From: Synechococcus elongatus PCC 6301 | GTDB taxonomy: Bacteria; Cyanobacteriota; Cyanobacteriia; Synechococcales; Synechococcaceae | Direction: 5' to 3' | NCBI RefSeq assembly: GCF_000010065.1 | Contig: NC_006576.1 | Span: forward strand, 1,050,001 to 1,082,000 | Length of the DNA: 32,000 nucleotides | Shown here: piece after piece, positions 1 through 11,262 of the stretch | Position numbering within the stretch: the stretch's first letter is position 1 | Layout of the letters: every line of letters begins with the position of its first letter | Translations under genes and position numbers: made by a program | The notes under the pieces: generated by a model | Told to the model about the DNA's origin: nothing | The model's input: only the letters and a program-made list of their open reading frames with translations | The model's database searches: none

Positions 1-255
1 GGCTGGTCCCCGTTCGCTCGCCGCTACTGAGGGAATCACTTTTGTTTTCTCTTCCTCCGGCTACTAAGATGTTTCAATTCGCCGGGTTCGCTCGCGCCAC
101 CCTATGGATTCAGGTGGCCGTACATGGGGTTGCCCCATTCGGAAATCCTCGGATCAATGCTTGCTTCCAGCTCCCCGAGGCGTATCGTCGGTAGCCACGT
201 CCTTCTTCGCCTCTGTGTGCCTAGGTATCCACCGTAAGCCCTTCGTAGCTTGACC
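1..255 (-). rRNA. rrl: 23S rRNA, 5' end only (gene continues past window start)
   Basis: Reverse complement of ~195-255 reads GGTCAAGCTACGAAGGGCTTACGGTGGATACCTAGGCACACAGAGGCGAAGAAGGACGTGG, the conserved bacterial 23S 5' domain. It lies downstream of 16S-tRNAIle-tRNAAla on the same strand. Confidence 0.95.
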
Positions 256-341
256 ACTACTTCTTTCTGACTTCCATTTCTCCCACTTGACTCAATCAAG
301 TGATGATGAAGATGGTGTCTGTGATACCTACACTCTCATCT

Positions 342-384
342 CTATGCAGTTTTCAAGGTTCTTGCTGAGTCTTTCAACTCAGCA
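342..384 (-). promoter_or_regulatory. rrn spacer BoxB hairpin (363-384) followed by BoxA antiterminator (342-361)
   Basis: Minus-strand transcript reads TGCTGAGT-TGAAAG-ACTCAGCA, a perfect 8-bp stem. It is directly followed by GAACCTTGAAAACTGCATAG, the conserved cyanobacterial ITS BoxA, positioned between tRNA-Ala and 23S. Confidence 0.7.
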
Positions 385-456
385 TTCCTAACCTTCCGAT
401 ACGAAAATCGAAAACTTAAGATGCTGAACTGATTTTTTGAATTTTAAGCAGTCTTT

Positions 457-532
457 TGGTGGAGGTTAGCGGACTCGAACCGCTGACATCCTGCTTGCAA
501 AGCAGGCGCTCTACCAACTGAGCTAAACCCCC
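457..532 (-). tRNA. tRNA-Ala (anticodon UGC), CCA apparently encoded
   Basis: Reverse complement starts GGGGGTTTAGCTCAGTTGGTAGAGCGCCTGCTTTGCAAGCAGG and ends CCTCCACCA. It has the G3:U70 Ala identity pair and a TGC anticodon loop. The ITS location is typical. Confidence 0.95.
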
Positions 533-565
533 ACATCACTTCTTCACTCTCATGAAAAAGCTAGG

Positions 566-639
<74 letters not shown>

Positions 640-800
640 ACATCCTGCTCTTGACCCAAACATCTTTGTCTAGGAAAAACCCAGACTAGTTTAGAAGCCC
701 TTGCTCGAAAGACTCGACCGACCTAGGTTGACCTCTGATACCGCTCTATCAAATATGAAGCTTGCGCTTCTCGCAGTTATCAGTAGGGTAGGTCTCCCTG

Positions 801-2289
<1,489 letters not shown>

Positions 2290-2482
2290 GGTTGAACTCT
2301 TAATTTGAAATCTCACCCATTAGGCAAGACTTCCAAGTTCGTAAGTTTTCCCGAACCCAGTTAACCGGATTCATCATTTTATTGACGAGTCCCTCAAGAC
2401 TGGCTTCTAAACTATTCTCTTGTCTAGGTCCTGTCGCCAGCCCCGCTTCGCGTTTCCGCTCCGCTCTCACCGGCGCTTAATT

Positions 2483-2511
2483 AATCTACCTAACTCGCCT
2501 AGTCGCGTCAA
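2483..2511 (-). promoter_or_regulatory. candidate rrn operon sigma-70 promoter
   Basis: Minus strand reads TTGACG (2506-2511), a 17-nt spacer, then TAGATT (2483-2488). An A/T-rich UP-like tract AAAAAATTTTTCTC lies just upstream. The site is about 190 nt upstream of the mature 16S 5' end. Confidence 0.5.
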
Positions 2512-2599
2512 CCCCCTCAGAGAAAAATTTTTTCGGGATGGACAGAAGAGTAGACGGAGACTGGGTTTTGGGGTGGTTGAAGACTTTGCTGGAGATGCA

Positions 2600-3340
2600 A
2601 TGACCCTCTCGATCGCTCAAATTACTGACCTTCATCTCCTAGTCGATCCGCAAGCTGCCCTTCGAGGTTGCGTGACAACACCCCGAGCCGCTGCCGTATT
2701 TGGCAATCTCAAACAGCGATCGCCCGATCTACTTCTTCTGAGTGGCGACTTGAGCGAGGATGGCAGCCCTGCTAGCTATGAGCGATTACGAGATTGGGTT
2801 GAAGAACTAGGTTGTCCTGCTATTGCGATCGCGGGTAATCATGACCAGCCTGAGCGTTTGACGGAAATTTGTGGGCGATCGCCTTTTATGGGTGAGCCTG
2901 TCTATTCCATCCAAGGCTGGCGAATCATTGCACTGGATTCCTACCAACCCAAACGGATAGATGGTCGATTGAGGGGCGATCAACTTGACTGGCTGGATCA
3001 GCGCTTAGGAGAAGACTCGTCCCCAACCTTGCTGATGCTGCATCATCCACCGGTGCTGATCGGGGTTACCAAGATGGATGCGATCGGGCTTAAGGACGGG
3101 CCAGAGTTTCTAGAAGTGATTGCTCACCATCAGCAAGTCCGCCTTGTGCTTTCGGGGCATGCTCATCAGGCATTTATTCAAGGTCGTGGTTTGACTACCT
3201 TCCTCGGGTGCCCCGCCACAGCTATGCAATTTGACCAGCCTGAGCTGCCGGCTGGTTGGCGATCGCTAGAGCTAGAGCCAGATGGATCTTGGCGATCGCA
3301 AATCCATTGGGTTGACACCGATTCAATTCATTTCGCTTGA
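2600..3340 (+). CDS. metallophosphoesterase, CpdA/Icc-like (class III cyclic-nucleotide phosphodiesterase signature)
   Basis: Part of ORF 2420..3340. The first ATG at 2600 gives MTLSIAQITDLHLL. Motifs DLH, SGDLSEDG, AGNHD, HHPP and GHAH are present in canonical order. Confidence 0.85.
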   Translation: MTLSIAQITDLHLLVDPQAALRGCVTTPRAAAVFGNLKQRSPDLLLLSGDLSEDGSPASYERLRDWVEELGCPAIAIAGNHDQPERLTEICGRSPFMGEPVYSIQGWRIIALDSYQPKRIDGRLRGDQLDWLDQRLGEDSSPTLLMLHHPPVLIGVTKMDAIGLKDGPEFLEVIAHHQQVRLVLSGHAHQAFIQGRGLTTFLGCPATAMQFDQPELPAGWRSLELEPDGSWRSQIHWVDTDSIHFA

Positions 3341-3490
3341 ACAGGGCTTGCATCTTAGACAGATCTTGGAACCGTCACTGGAGTCCCAGCGTCTACAGGC
3401 TCTATCACTCTTTGCTTAGGATAGGTGGCGATCGCTAACGTCAGTTCGCGACCCACTACTGAATGAGCGTTCGTGGATCTCGGAGGTGTC

Positions 3491-4711
3491 ATGCGTCATC
3501 GTCGTTCTGGTCAGCGCCGGTTATCAGTCCGCGCAATCTTGAGTCACACCCTGGCAATTAGCTTGGGCGTCTTGGTGACAGTGGGCGGATTACAAGCACG
3601 TCCCTCTTTGGCCCAAGCAGCACCTGTAGAAATCGCACAAGCGACTCCTGCGAATACAGCAGCTCCCAACAGTAACCCAGATAGTTTTGTTGCAGCAGCA
3701 GTCCGTCAGATTGGCCCTGCAGTCGTTCGGATTGATACTGAGCGGACGGTGACACGGCGGGCAGCTCCCATGTTTGATGACCCGTTTTTCCGTGAGTTTT
3801 TTGGGTCTGACTTTTTTGGCAATGTCAATCCGCCAGCACGGCAAGAAGTACAGCGTGGTCAGGGTTCTGGTTTTGTCGTAGATGGTAACGGCTTGATCAT
3901 GACCAATGCCCACGTGGTCGCCAATGCGGATCAAGTGCGGGTCACGCTACGGGATGGTCGAGAATTTACGGGACGAGTGCGGGGTGCAGACTCTGTCACT
4001 GATTTAGCGTTGGTAGAAGTTGATACCAAAGGTGAACGGCTGCCCACTGCTCGCATCGGCAATTCCAGTAATGTCGAGGTCGGAGACTGGGCGATCGCGA
4101 TCGGGAACCCGCTCGGACTCGACAACACCGTCACTTTAGGGATTGTCAGCAGCCTTGGCCGCCGGAGCAGCGCTGTCGGTATTCCGGATAAGCGCCTCGA
4201 CTTTATCCAGACCGATGCAGTGATCAACCCCGGTAATTCGGGCGGCCCGCTGGTCAATAGTCGGGGCGAAGTGATTGGCATTAACACCGCCATTCGCCAA
4301 GCGCCGGGTGCAGGGATTGGCTTTGCGATTCCAGTTAACACGGCCAAGCAAATTGAAACGCAGCTGCTGAAAAACGGGAAAGTCTCACACTCCTACCTAG
4401 GGGTGCAGCTGCTCTCCCTGACGCCACAAATGGCTCGAGATAACAACCGCGATCCCAACTCCACCGTGCGCTTACCAGAAGTGCAAGGTGTCTTAATCAT
4501 GGGGGTTCAGCGCAATGCACCCGCTGCTACTGCGGGACTGCGACGCGGAGATGTGGTGATAGCGACTGATGGTCAAGCGGTGACGACTGCGGATGAGTTC
4601 CAGCGCCGTGTCGAAGCGAGCCAAGTCGGCCAGTCACTCAACCTCAGCGTGATTCGCGACGGTAACCGCCAGCAGATTGCTGTGCGCACTGGCGAACTCC
4701 AAGCTGGTTAA
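3491..4711 (+). CDS. HtrA/DegP-family periplasmic serine endopeptidase with C-terminal PDZ (HhoA/HhoB/HtrA type)
   Basis: GGAGG lies about 5-9 nt before ATG 3491. An N-terminal hydrophobic anchor is present. Catalytic triad contexts are TNAHVV, DLALV and GNSGGPL. The PDZ-like segment is GVLIMGV...[14 protein letters not shown]. Confidence 0.9.
4091..4103. repeat. HIP1 palindrome (GCGATCGC), overlapping double copy; one example of a dispersed family
   Basis: GCGATCGCGATCG. The octamer recurs every few hundred bp through nearly all CDSs in 2600-32000, for example at 2716, 2825, 2875 and 3259. Confidence 0.95.
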
Positions 4712-4740
4712 ACCGCGATCGCTCGCACATGAGGTTACTC

Positions 4741-4767
4741 AGGCGGCTGGATTCAGTCGCCTTTTTT
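4741..4767 (+). terminator. intrinsic terminator after the HtrA-type gene
   Basis: AGGCGGCTG-GATT-CAGTCGCCT forms a 9-bp stem with one G.U pair. It is followed by a T-run and lies 30 nt after the stop codon. Confidence 0.7.
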
Positions 4768-4826
4768 AGTTGCGACAGGCAGGCCCGTATACTGATTCGA
4801 TGTTGTTGAACACCCGCAAGCCTGTT

Positions 4827-5525
4827 ATGGATCCAGTCACCCACATGAAACATGAAGTCGCGAAAGCAGCCGCGAGTCGGGTGCAATCTGGCATGGTGGT
4901 CGGGCTGGGCTCGGGCTCTACAGCAGCCCTCATGATTCAGTACTTGGGCGATCGCGTTCGCAATGGCGAACTCACCAATATTCAGGCTGTACCCACCTCT
5001 TTTCAGTCCTCAGTATTGGCGAATGAATACGGCATTCCGCTGACGACCCTGAACGAAGTCGATCGCATTGATATTGCAATTGATGGCGCGGATGAAGTTG
5101 ATCCACAACGCAACCTGATCAAAGGCGGTGGCGCTTGCCATACCCGCGAGAAACTAGTGGATGCGCGGGCTGAGCAATTCATTGTCGTCGTTGACAGCAG
5201 CAAACTGGTAGAGGCACTCGGAACAACCTTCTTACTGCCCGTGGAAGTGCTGCCGGAAGCTTACATTCAAGTCGGCAAAGCCTTGGAAAAATTGGGTGGC
5301 AAACCAGAACTGCGGATGGCGGTCAAAAAAGCAGGCCCAGTCGTGACTGACCAAGGCAACCTCGTTCTCGATGTGAAATTCGATCGCATTGACCAGCCCG
5401 CAGAACTGGAGAAAGCGATTAACAACATTCCAGGCGTGCTGGAAAACGGTCTGTTTGTTGGCTTGACCGATCTTGTACTCGTTGGTGAAGTTGACGGCGA
5501 TCGCGTTTCTGTGCGCGAGTTCTAG
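4827..5525 (+). CDS. rpiA: ribose-5-phosphate isomerase A
   Basis: Motifs [15 protein letters not shown] and [11 protein letters not shown] are present. The track start 4770 sits directly on the upstream terminator, so ATG 4827 (or 4800) is preferred. Confidence 0.9.
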   Translation: MDPVTHMKHEVAKAAASRVQSGMVVGLGSGSTAALMIQYLGDRVRNGELTNIQAVPTSFQSSVLANEYGIPLTTLNEVDRIDIAIDGADEVDPQRNLIKGGGACHTREKLVDARAEQFIVVVDSSKLVEALGTTFLLPVEVLPEAYIQVGKALEKLGGKPELRMAVKKAGPVVTDQGNLVLDVKFDRIDQPAELEKAINNIPGVLENGLFVGLTDLVLVGEVDGDRVSVREF

Positions 5526-5549
5526 GCTTTCGATCAACCCAATCAACTG

Positions 5550-5577
5550 AGCCAGCTTCAGATCGAAGCTGGCTTTT
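5550..5577 (+). terminator. intrinsic terminator after rpiA
   Basis: Perfect 10-bp stem AGCCAGCTTC / GAAGCTGGCT with a 5-nt loop, followed by TTTT. Confidence 0.7.
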
Positions 5578-5600
5578 CGCTGGCTGAAAACACTGTGATC

Positions 5601-5631
5601 AAAACGCCCTGAAGAGACAGCCTTCAAGGCG
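5601..5631 (-). terminator. intrinsic terminator after chlI
   Basis: Minus-strand RNA folds as CGCCUUGAAG-GCUGUCU-CUUCAGGGCG, a 10-bp stem. One position is G.U on the minus strand and a C.A mismatch on the plus strand. UUUU follows, 31 nt past the chlI stop. Confidence 0.6.
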
Positions 5632-5661
5632 TGGCAGCCTTTATCCAGTTGAAAATAGTGA

Positions 5662-6756
5662 TTAGCTGACCAGAGAGAAGGCACTGGTGTCGGTCGGCTC
5701 CGGCAGGCCAAAGACACGGCAGAAGACTTTCGCCACTTTGCCCCCCGAGTCCACAGACTCTAGCGGATCCTTGCGGAGGCGGTGCCGCAGACAGGGGGCA
5801 ACGATCCGCTGAATATCTTCGAGGGTGACTTCCGACCGCCCTTCAAAGGCCGTCAGCGCTTTGGCAGCGCGGTTGGTGACGATGTCACCCCGCAGGCCGT
5901 CAATATCCAGCTCCGAGCAGACCTCCGAGATTTTCACCCGCAGGTCATAGTCCAGCTCAACGGATGGCAGCAGCGTTTGCGCTGCAACAATCCGTGCTTG
6001 CAGGCTATCTTGCTCGCTGGCATAGCGATCGAGGAAAGTCTGAGGATTTTGATCGAAGGTCGATCGCTGTTCTACGACCTGAACCCGCAGTTCCGGATCT
6101 TTGACAGTGCGCACTTCGACACTCATACCGAAGCGATCAAGCAACTGAGGCCGCAGTTCACCTTCCTCGGGGTTACCGGAACCAACCAAGACGAAGCGAG
6201 CAGGGTGGCGAATCGATACGCCTTCCCGTTCCACCGTATTCCAACCAGAAGCCGCCGAGTCCAGCAGCACATCTACCAAATGATCGTCGAGCAGGTTGAC
6301 TTCGTCGACGTAGAGAATGCCACGATTGGCTTTTGCGAGTAGACCCGGTTCAAAGGCTTTGACGCCTTCCGACAGCGCTTTTTCGATGTCAATCGTACCG
6401 CAGACGCGATCTTCCGTCGCACCCAAAGGCAGGTCGACCATTTGTACTTTGGCGCGACCAATCGTCGGGGTTTCGCCACGGGCAATGCGATCGCGAACCT
6501 CATTACTCATCAGCTCTGGATCGCTGGGATGGCTGTTGTAGGGATCCTCTGCCACCACCTCAATTTCGGGCAGTAGGTCAGCCAAGGCACGAATTGTGGT
6601 TGATTTCCCAGTACCGCGATCGCCCATGATCATCACCCCGCCCAATTTGGGGTCGATCACATTCAGCAGCAGGGCAAGCTTCATCTCCTCCTGGCCGACG
6701 ATCGCCGTGAAGGGGAAAACAGTGCGGCGTGGCGCAGTCGGAAGAGTCGCAGTCAC
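5662..6756 (-). CDS. chlI: magnesium chelatase ATPase subunit I
   Basis: [40 protein letters not shown] (Walker A), [13 protein letters not shown] (Walker B) and the full AAA+ ChlI architecture are present. GTG at 6756 gives (M)[10 protein letters not shown], like other cyanobacterial ChlI. The track's TTG at 6777 is an alternative start. Confidence 0.95.
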   Translation of the reverse strand: MTATLPTAPRRTVFPFTAIVGQEEMKLALLLNVIDPKLGGVMIMGDRGTGKSTTIRALADLLPEIEVVAEDPYNSHPSDPELMSNEVRDRIARGETPTIGRAKVQMVDLPLGATEDRVCGTIDIEKALSEGVKAFEPGLLAKANRGILYVDEVNLLDDHLVDVLLDSAASGWNTVEREGVSIRHPARFVLVGSGNPEEGELRPQLLDRFGMSVEVRTVKDPELRVQVVEQRSTFDQNPQTFLDRYASEQDSLQARIVAAQTLLPSVELDYDLRVKISEVCSELDIDGLRGDIVTNRAAKALTAFEGRSEVTLEDIQRIVAPCLRHRLRKDPLESVDSGGKVAKVFCRVFGLPEPTDTSAFSLVS

Positions 6757-6854
6757 GGGTAAAGCAACGCTGAGCAAAGACCGTTTTTCATTGTGCCACA
6801 GTGCTTATACCCCTGCCGTGAACCCTGCTCGGCTAATCAGGTGCCTGTTCGACC

Positions 6855-7859
6855 ATGCCGCTCTACCCCGATCGCTTTCGTTGTCCGTTCGTTCTGCGCC
6901 AAGGCTGGGGAATGACGATCGCCGCTGCTTTAGCTAGCGATCGCCCGCCATCTCTGCCAGCACCGATCTACCAAGGGCAATGCCTACGTGGGGCAGATGA
7001 TGTGCCGCTCTGGACAGAGCGCGCAATTCCAACAAATCCCCGTGGCACCTTGATCGCCACCTACGGCATCACCGGGTCCCTGCAGAATCAAGGCATTCTC
7101 CAGCGCTGGGCAACTGCTGCTTATCAAGCCGGTCTGGCAGTGCTGCTCTTTGACTGGCGCGCCCATGGGCGATCGCTGGAATTGTCGCCCGTTCTGACCA
7201 GCGATGGGCTACGGGAAGGCGATGATTTTCTGGCGTTAGCTGGACAAGCTCGGCAGCTGGGGCTGCCAGAGCCCTACATATTTGGCGGCTATTCCCTCGG
7301 CGGTCAGCTGGCACTCTGGGGCGCTTGGCGCGGGCAACAGGAGGGCTGTCCTCCAGCAGCGGTCCTGTCGCTCTGCCCCAATCTCGATGCCGAGCGATCG
7401 CTGCCTTGGTTACGCAGCACGAGGCTCGGTCGCTGGATTGAGCAGCGGATTTGTCGCGAACTGTGCCGATTAGCGACCGACATTGCCAATCACCATCCGG
7501 GCAGCCTCGATCCAGCCGCGATCGCCCAAGTCACCACCATTCAGGACTTTGATAACTATTTGGTTGCTCCCCGTTTGGGCTTCCAGAGTAGCGTCGACTA
7601 TTACCGTGCCAGCAGTCCGCTACCTTTTCTTGCCGATCTACACGTACCTGGACTGGTTCTCTACGCCGCAGACGATCCCTTCTTTCATCCTGCGATCGCC
7701 CCCGAACTCGCAGCGATCGCTCAGCGCAATCCAGTTCTAGAGATTGAAATCACGCGCCATGGCGGTCACGTGGGCTATTGGCAGGGCCGCGATCGTTGGT
7801 GGGCGATCGATCGATTCCAAGGCTGGTTGGAAGACTCCGGGACTTTACCTAAAGCCTGA
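6855..7859 (+). CDS. alpha/beta-fold hydrolase (YheT/COG0429-like)
   Basis: Nucleophile elbow GGYSLGG, then [13 protein letters not shown] and HGGHVGY. The N-terminal F-x-x-P-F-x-L-R-x-G-W-G-M-T segment fits this family, so ATG 6855 is kept. Confidence 0.85.
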   Translation: MPLYPDRFRCPFVLRQGWGMTIAAALASDRPPSLPAPIYQGQCLRGADDVPLWTERAIPTNPRGTLIATYGITGSLQNQGILQRWATAAYQAGLAVLLFDWRAHGRSLELSPVLTSDGLREGDDFLALAGQARQLGLPEPYIFGGYSLGGQLALWGAWRGQQEGCPPAAVLSLCPNLDAERSLPWLRSTRLGRWIEQRICRELCRLATDIANHHPGSLDPAAIAQVTTIQDFDNYLVAPRLGFQSSVDYYRASSPLPFLADLHVPGLVLYAADDPFFHPAIAPELAAIAQRNPVLEIEITRHGGHVGYWQGRDRWWAIDRFQGWLEDSGTLPKA

Positions 7860-7897
7860 GTAGACTGGCGATACGCCTGCTCATCTGCCACTCTCCT

Positions 7898-8245
7898 ATG
7901 ACCGTTTTGACGCTCCAACTGAGCAATGGCTCGCTGAGCTTGCCGCTCAATTTGGCGGCTGGCCTAGAGCTCAAGTCTGTTTTGCAGCAGCTCCTGCAGC
8001 AGCTCCGACAAGCCGCGACGCCGCTCAGTCCTGGTCAACGACCGACCCCACAGCCCAGCACTGATCATCGGTTGGAAGTCGGCGAAATTCATCTCGAAGT
8101 GTTCTGCAATCCCAATCTTTGGCCGAGTCCCTTTGCTGCCAAAGTCTTGCTGAGCCTACGACAAGGGGAGTTGCGGCTCAGTCTCGAAACCGAGCTAAGT
8201 CGTTTGATGGAAGATCTCGATCAGTATCTCGAGTCAATTCGCTAG
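7898..8245 (+). CDS. hypothetical protein (115 aa, Leu/Gln-rich, no recognisable domain)
   Basis: Clean ORF with ATG start filling the gap between two + strand genes. Codon usage resembles its neighbours. I recognise no motif. Confidence 0.55.
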   Translation: MTVLTLQLSNGSLSLPLNLAAGLELKSVLQQLLQQLRQAATPLSPGQRPTPQPSTDHRLEVGEIHLEVFCNPNLWPSPFAAKVLLSLRQGELRLSLETELSRLMEDLDQYLESIR

Positions 8246-8341
8246 GTTAGGGCGGTTTGCAGATTGCCTACACCCTGCAATCGCCGCCTTTGCGTAGACT
8301 GGTTGGACAATCCTGACTGTAGACCAGCGATCGCAATCGGT

Positions 8342-10159
8342 ATGGCGAATCCCACATTTGGCAATCGCGACTCGGGCCGCAGTGTTGGCCGCTCCTATCA
8401 GTCGCTATGGCTGCTCTTGGGAATCACCACCGTCTTTTTTGGGGCTTTGGGTGGCCGCCTCGCCTACATGCAAATTCAGCAGGGCGAACGAAATCGCGAA
8501 CTGGCCAACGAGAATCGCATCCACCTGTTGCCTCGCCTCCCTGAACGTGGACGTATCCTCGACCGCGAAGGGCGTGTATTAGCGAGTAGCCGCCACGTTT
8601 ACTCACTCTATGTTTGGCCGCTGGCAATTAAAGACGACCGCTGGCCCGATACCCGACGCCGGCTAGCCGAGCTACTCAAAGTGCCGGAGTCTACGCTGCA
8701 AGCCCGCATCGATCGCCAGAAAGACAATGCCGCTTATCGAGTTCGCCTGGCCCAAAATCTGAGCCAACCCCAAGTTATTGCTTTTGAAGAAAATCGCCGT
8801 AACTTCATCGGCGTCGAAGTGGACTACGACAGCGTGCGCTACTACCCCAATGGGTCAATCGCAGCCCACGTTTTGGGGTACACCGGCGAGATTTCGGATG
8901 AGGAATTAAAACGGCGCGAGGAACAAGGATATCGACCTGGCGATGTCATTGGCCAAGCTGGACTCGAAGCCGCCTTTGAGAAGCAGTTGCGCGGTGAGTG
9001 GGGCGGTCAACAGGTAGAAGTGGATGCCCTCGGCAACGTCGTCCGCATTTTGGGCGACAAGCAAGCGCGAGCGGGCAAAGATGTCACCATCACACTGGAT
9101 CTCGATCTGCAAAAAGCAGCAGAGGCTGCGATCGGCAACAGCATGGGGGCGATCGTGGCGATCGATCCTCGGGACGGCAGCATCTTGGCGATGGTCAGCC
9201 GTCCCACCTACGATCCCAACGTCTTTGCCACCGAAATCAGCCAGGCCGAATGGGATCGACTGCAGCAGCTGGAATTCCCCTTCGTCAATCGCGCTCTGCA
9301 GTCCTTTCCGCCAGCCAGTACGTTCAAGATTGTGACCACAGCAGCGGCCTTGGAATCGGGCAAATATTCCCCCGACGCCGTGCTGCAAACCTTCCCCTTC
9401 CTGCGGGTTGGCGGCATTCAGTTTTGGGACTGGAATAATGCGGGCTTTGGTCCCCTCGGCTTTGTAGGCGCAATGCGCTATAGCAGCGACACCTTCTTCT
9501 ACCAAGTCGCTCAGCGGATTGGCGGCGACGCGATCGCAGCCATGTGCCGTCGGTTTGGCATGGGGCAGCGTACAGGGGTAGAGCTTGCCGCGGAGGAAGG
9601 GCGGGGTCTTGTGCCCGACAAAGCTTGGAAACTGAAGAACCTGAATGAGGAATGGACCGTCGGCGACTCGATCAATATGTCCATTGGTCAAGGCTTCTTA
9701 CTGCAAACGCCACTGCAAGTCGCGGTGATGTTTGCGATTCCAGCCAATAACGGCTTCCGGGTAAAACCGCACTTCCTCAAGGACGATCGCGACAGCAAAG
9801 AATGGCGCGAGGATCTGAAACTGAAGCCATCCACGATGAAAGTCATCCGGGACGGGCTAGTCTCAGTCGTCGCGGATGGAACTGGAGCTGCCCTGCGAGT
9901 GCCCTCACTGCCGCCCAACGCAGGCAAAACTGGAACAGCGGAGGATCCGCCCCGGCGATCGCACACTTGGTATGGCGGCTATGCACCGATTGAGAAACCT
10001 GAGATCGTCGTCGTTTCCTTCAACGAAAACTCAGGCGGCGGCGGTGGCAGTACAGCGGCTCCAAAAGTCCGTCAAGTGATGGAAGCCTACTTCCGCAAGA
10101 AGGCGCTTCGAGCTCAGGCCGCTAAGGGTAAGCAACCATCTGCCAACACCTCGCAGTAG
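8342..10159 (+). CDS. mrdA: penicillin-binding protein 2 (class B transpeptidase, elongation-type)
   Basis: N-terminal TM anchor, then IQQGERNRELANENRI...ERGRILDREGRVLA, typical of the PBP2 dimerisation domain. Motifs STFK (SxxK), SSD (SxD) and KTGTA (KTG) are present. The first ATG is at 8342; the track start 8264 is TTG. Confidence 0.85.
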   Translation: MANPTFGNRDSGRSVGRSYQSLWLLLGITTVFFGALGGRLAYMQIQQGERNRELANENRIHLLPRLPERGRILDREGRVLASSRHVYSLYVWPLAIKDDRWPDTRRRLAELLKVPESTLQARIDRQKDNAAYRVRLAQNLSQPQVIAFEENRRNFIGVEVDYDSVRYYPNGSIAAHVLGYTGEISDEELKRREEQGYRPGDVIGQAGLEAAFEKQLRGEWGGQQVEVDALGNVVRILGDKQARAGKDVTITLDLDLQKAAEAAIGNSMGAIVAIDPRDGSILAMVSRPTYDPNVFATEISQAEWDRLQQLEFPFVNRALQSFPPASTFKIVTTAAALESGKYSPDAVLQTFPFLRVGGIQFWDWNNAGFGPLGFVGAMRYSSDTFFYQVAQRIGGDAIAAMCRRFGMGQRTGVELAAEEGRGLVPDKAWKLKNLNEEWTVGDSINMSIGQGFLLQTPLQVAVMFAIPANNGFRVKPHFLKDDRDSKEWREDLKLKPSTMKVIRDGLVSVVADGTGAALRVPSLPPNAGKTGTAEDPPRRSHTWYGGYAPIEKPEIVVVSFNENSGGGGGSTAAPKVRQVMEAYFRKKALRAQAAKGKQPSANTSQ

Positions 10160-11247
10160 TAGTCCTGGAGTTGGCGCGTGGCTGCGTTCCAGCTCCAGCG
10201 TTCGGCTTCTTGACGAGCCGCTTGGCGTAGAATCTCGCGCTCTGCAGGGTTAGCCAACAAGCGCTGAATCGCAGCGATCGCCCCTTGTTCATCCTCAGGA
10301 TCGAACAGGAAACCATTAATGCCGTCGCTGACAATATCGGGAATGCCACCGGAATTGGCCGCCACGACCGGACAACCCGCTGCCATGGCTTCCAGCAAGA
10401 CTAGACCGAGGGTTTCGGTCCGGGAGGGAAAGACAAAAGCGTCAGCAGAAGCGTAGGCCGCCCCTAGCTGTTCCCCATGCAGATAGCCAATGAACTGCGT
10501 CTGGGTGCCAGCAAACAATTGCTCTAGTTCGGCCCGATGCGGGCCATCGCCGACCAAGGCCAAGCAAGCCTCAGGATTGGCATCCAAAATGGGTCGCAGG
10601 CGATCGATTTGCTTCTCGGCTGAGAGGCGTCCGACGTAGAGCAACAAGGGCGCAGTGGGCTTACCGCCACTGAGGCGATCGCGCATCGCAGCAGTAGCCA
10701 AGTCTGGCCGAAAGGTCTCGGTATCCACTCCTCGCTGCCAGAGGCAACAGTGCTCAATGCCGTGATCTGTCAGCTCCTGCACCATCGCGGTTGAAGTACA
10801 GAGGTTGATCGCTGCTTGGTTATGCGCCAGCTTCAGCAATTCCCAGAGCACCCCCTCCAAGACCCCCAGCCCGTAATGCTCAAGGTATTTCGGCAAATGG
10901 GTGTGATAGGACGCCACGAGTGGCACATTTAGCGCCTTGGCATAGTAGATGCCGCCCAACCCCAACACAGCCGGATTGACCACGTGGATCAGGTCGGGCC
11001 GGAACCGCTCCAAGGCTTTTCCCACTTTCGGCAACGGAAAAGCTAGCTTCAGCTCGGGATAGAGCGGTAGCGGAAAGCCTTTAACCCCATAGACTCGAGC
11101 CCCCTTGTGCTCGCGGAGCCCGCCGTCGGGGCAAAAAACCATGACGGTGTGGCCAAGACGCTGCAGGTGATCGACCGTGTGCCGAAGCCGCGTGACGATG
11201 CCATCCACTTTGGGGAGGAACGTCTCGGTAAAGAGAGCGATGCGCAT
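10114..11247 (-). CDS. sqdX: sulfoquinovosyl diacylglycerol synthase (GT4 glycosyltransferase)
   Basis: GT4 fold with FVFPSRTETLGLVLLEAMAAGCPVV. It lies 15 bp downstream of sqdB on the same strand, the arrangement described for Synechococcus PCC 7942. Confidence 0.9.
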   Translation of the reverse strand: MRIALFTETFLPKVDGIVTRLRHTVDHLQRLGHTVMVFCPDGGLREHKGARVYGVKGFPLPLYPELKLAFPLPKVGKALERFRPDLIHVVNPAVLGLGGIYYAKALNVPLVASYHTHLPKYLEHYGLGVLEGVLWELLKLAHNQAAINLCTSTAMVQELTDHGIEHCCLWQRGVDTETFRPDLATAAMRDRLSGGKPTAPLLLYVGRLSAEKQIDRLRPILDANPEACLALVGDGPHRAELEQLFAGTQTQFIGYLHGEQLGAAYASADAFVFPSRTETLGLVLLEAMAAGCPVVAANSGGIPDIVSDGINGFLFDPEDEQGAIAAIQRLLANPAEREILRQAARQEAERWSWNAATRQLQDYYCEVLADGCLPLAA

Positions 11248-11262
11248 AGAGAGAGTGCGACT

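Noticed and set aside
2420-2599. N-terminal 60-aa extension of the phosphoesterase ORF
   Set aside because: It starts at a non-ATG codon, is Arg/Ser/Pro-rich, and overlaps the rrn promoter and leader. The conserved D-x-H motif follows immediately after ATG 2600.
5232-6342. 161-aa (5232..5717, -) and 186-aa (5782..6342, +) ORFs overlapping rpiA and chlI
   Set aside because: These are antisense shadows of two strongly supported genes. The first would also run through both intrinsic terminators in the rpiA/chlI gap.
8906-9691. 261-aa ORF antisense to the PBP2 gene, plus several shorter ones in 8358-10079
   Set aside because: It is fully embedded antisense in a gene with clear SxxK/SxD/KTG motifs. 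The translated sequence is low-complexity (His/Arg/Gly/Cys-rich) and typical of a shadow ORF.
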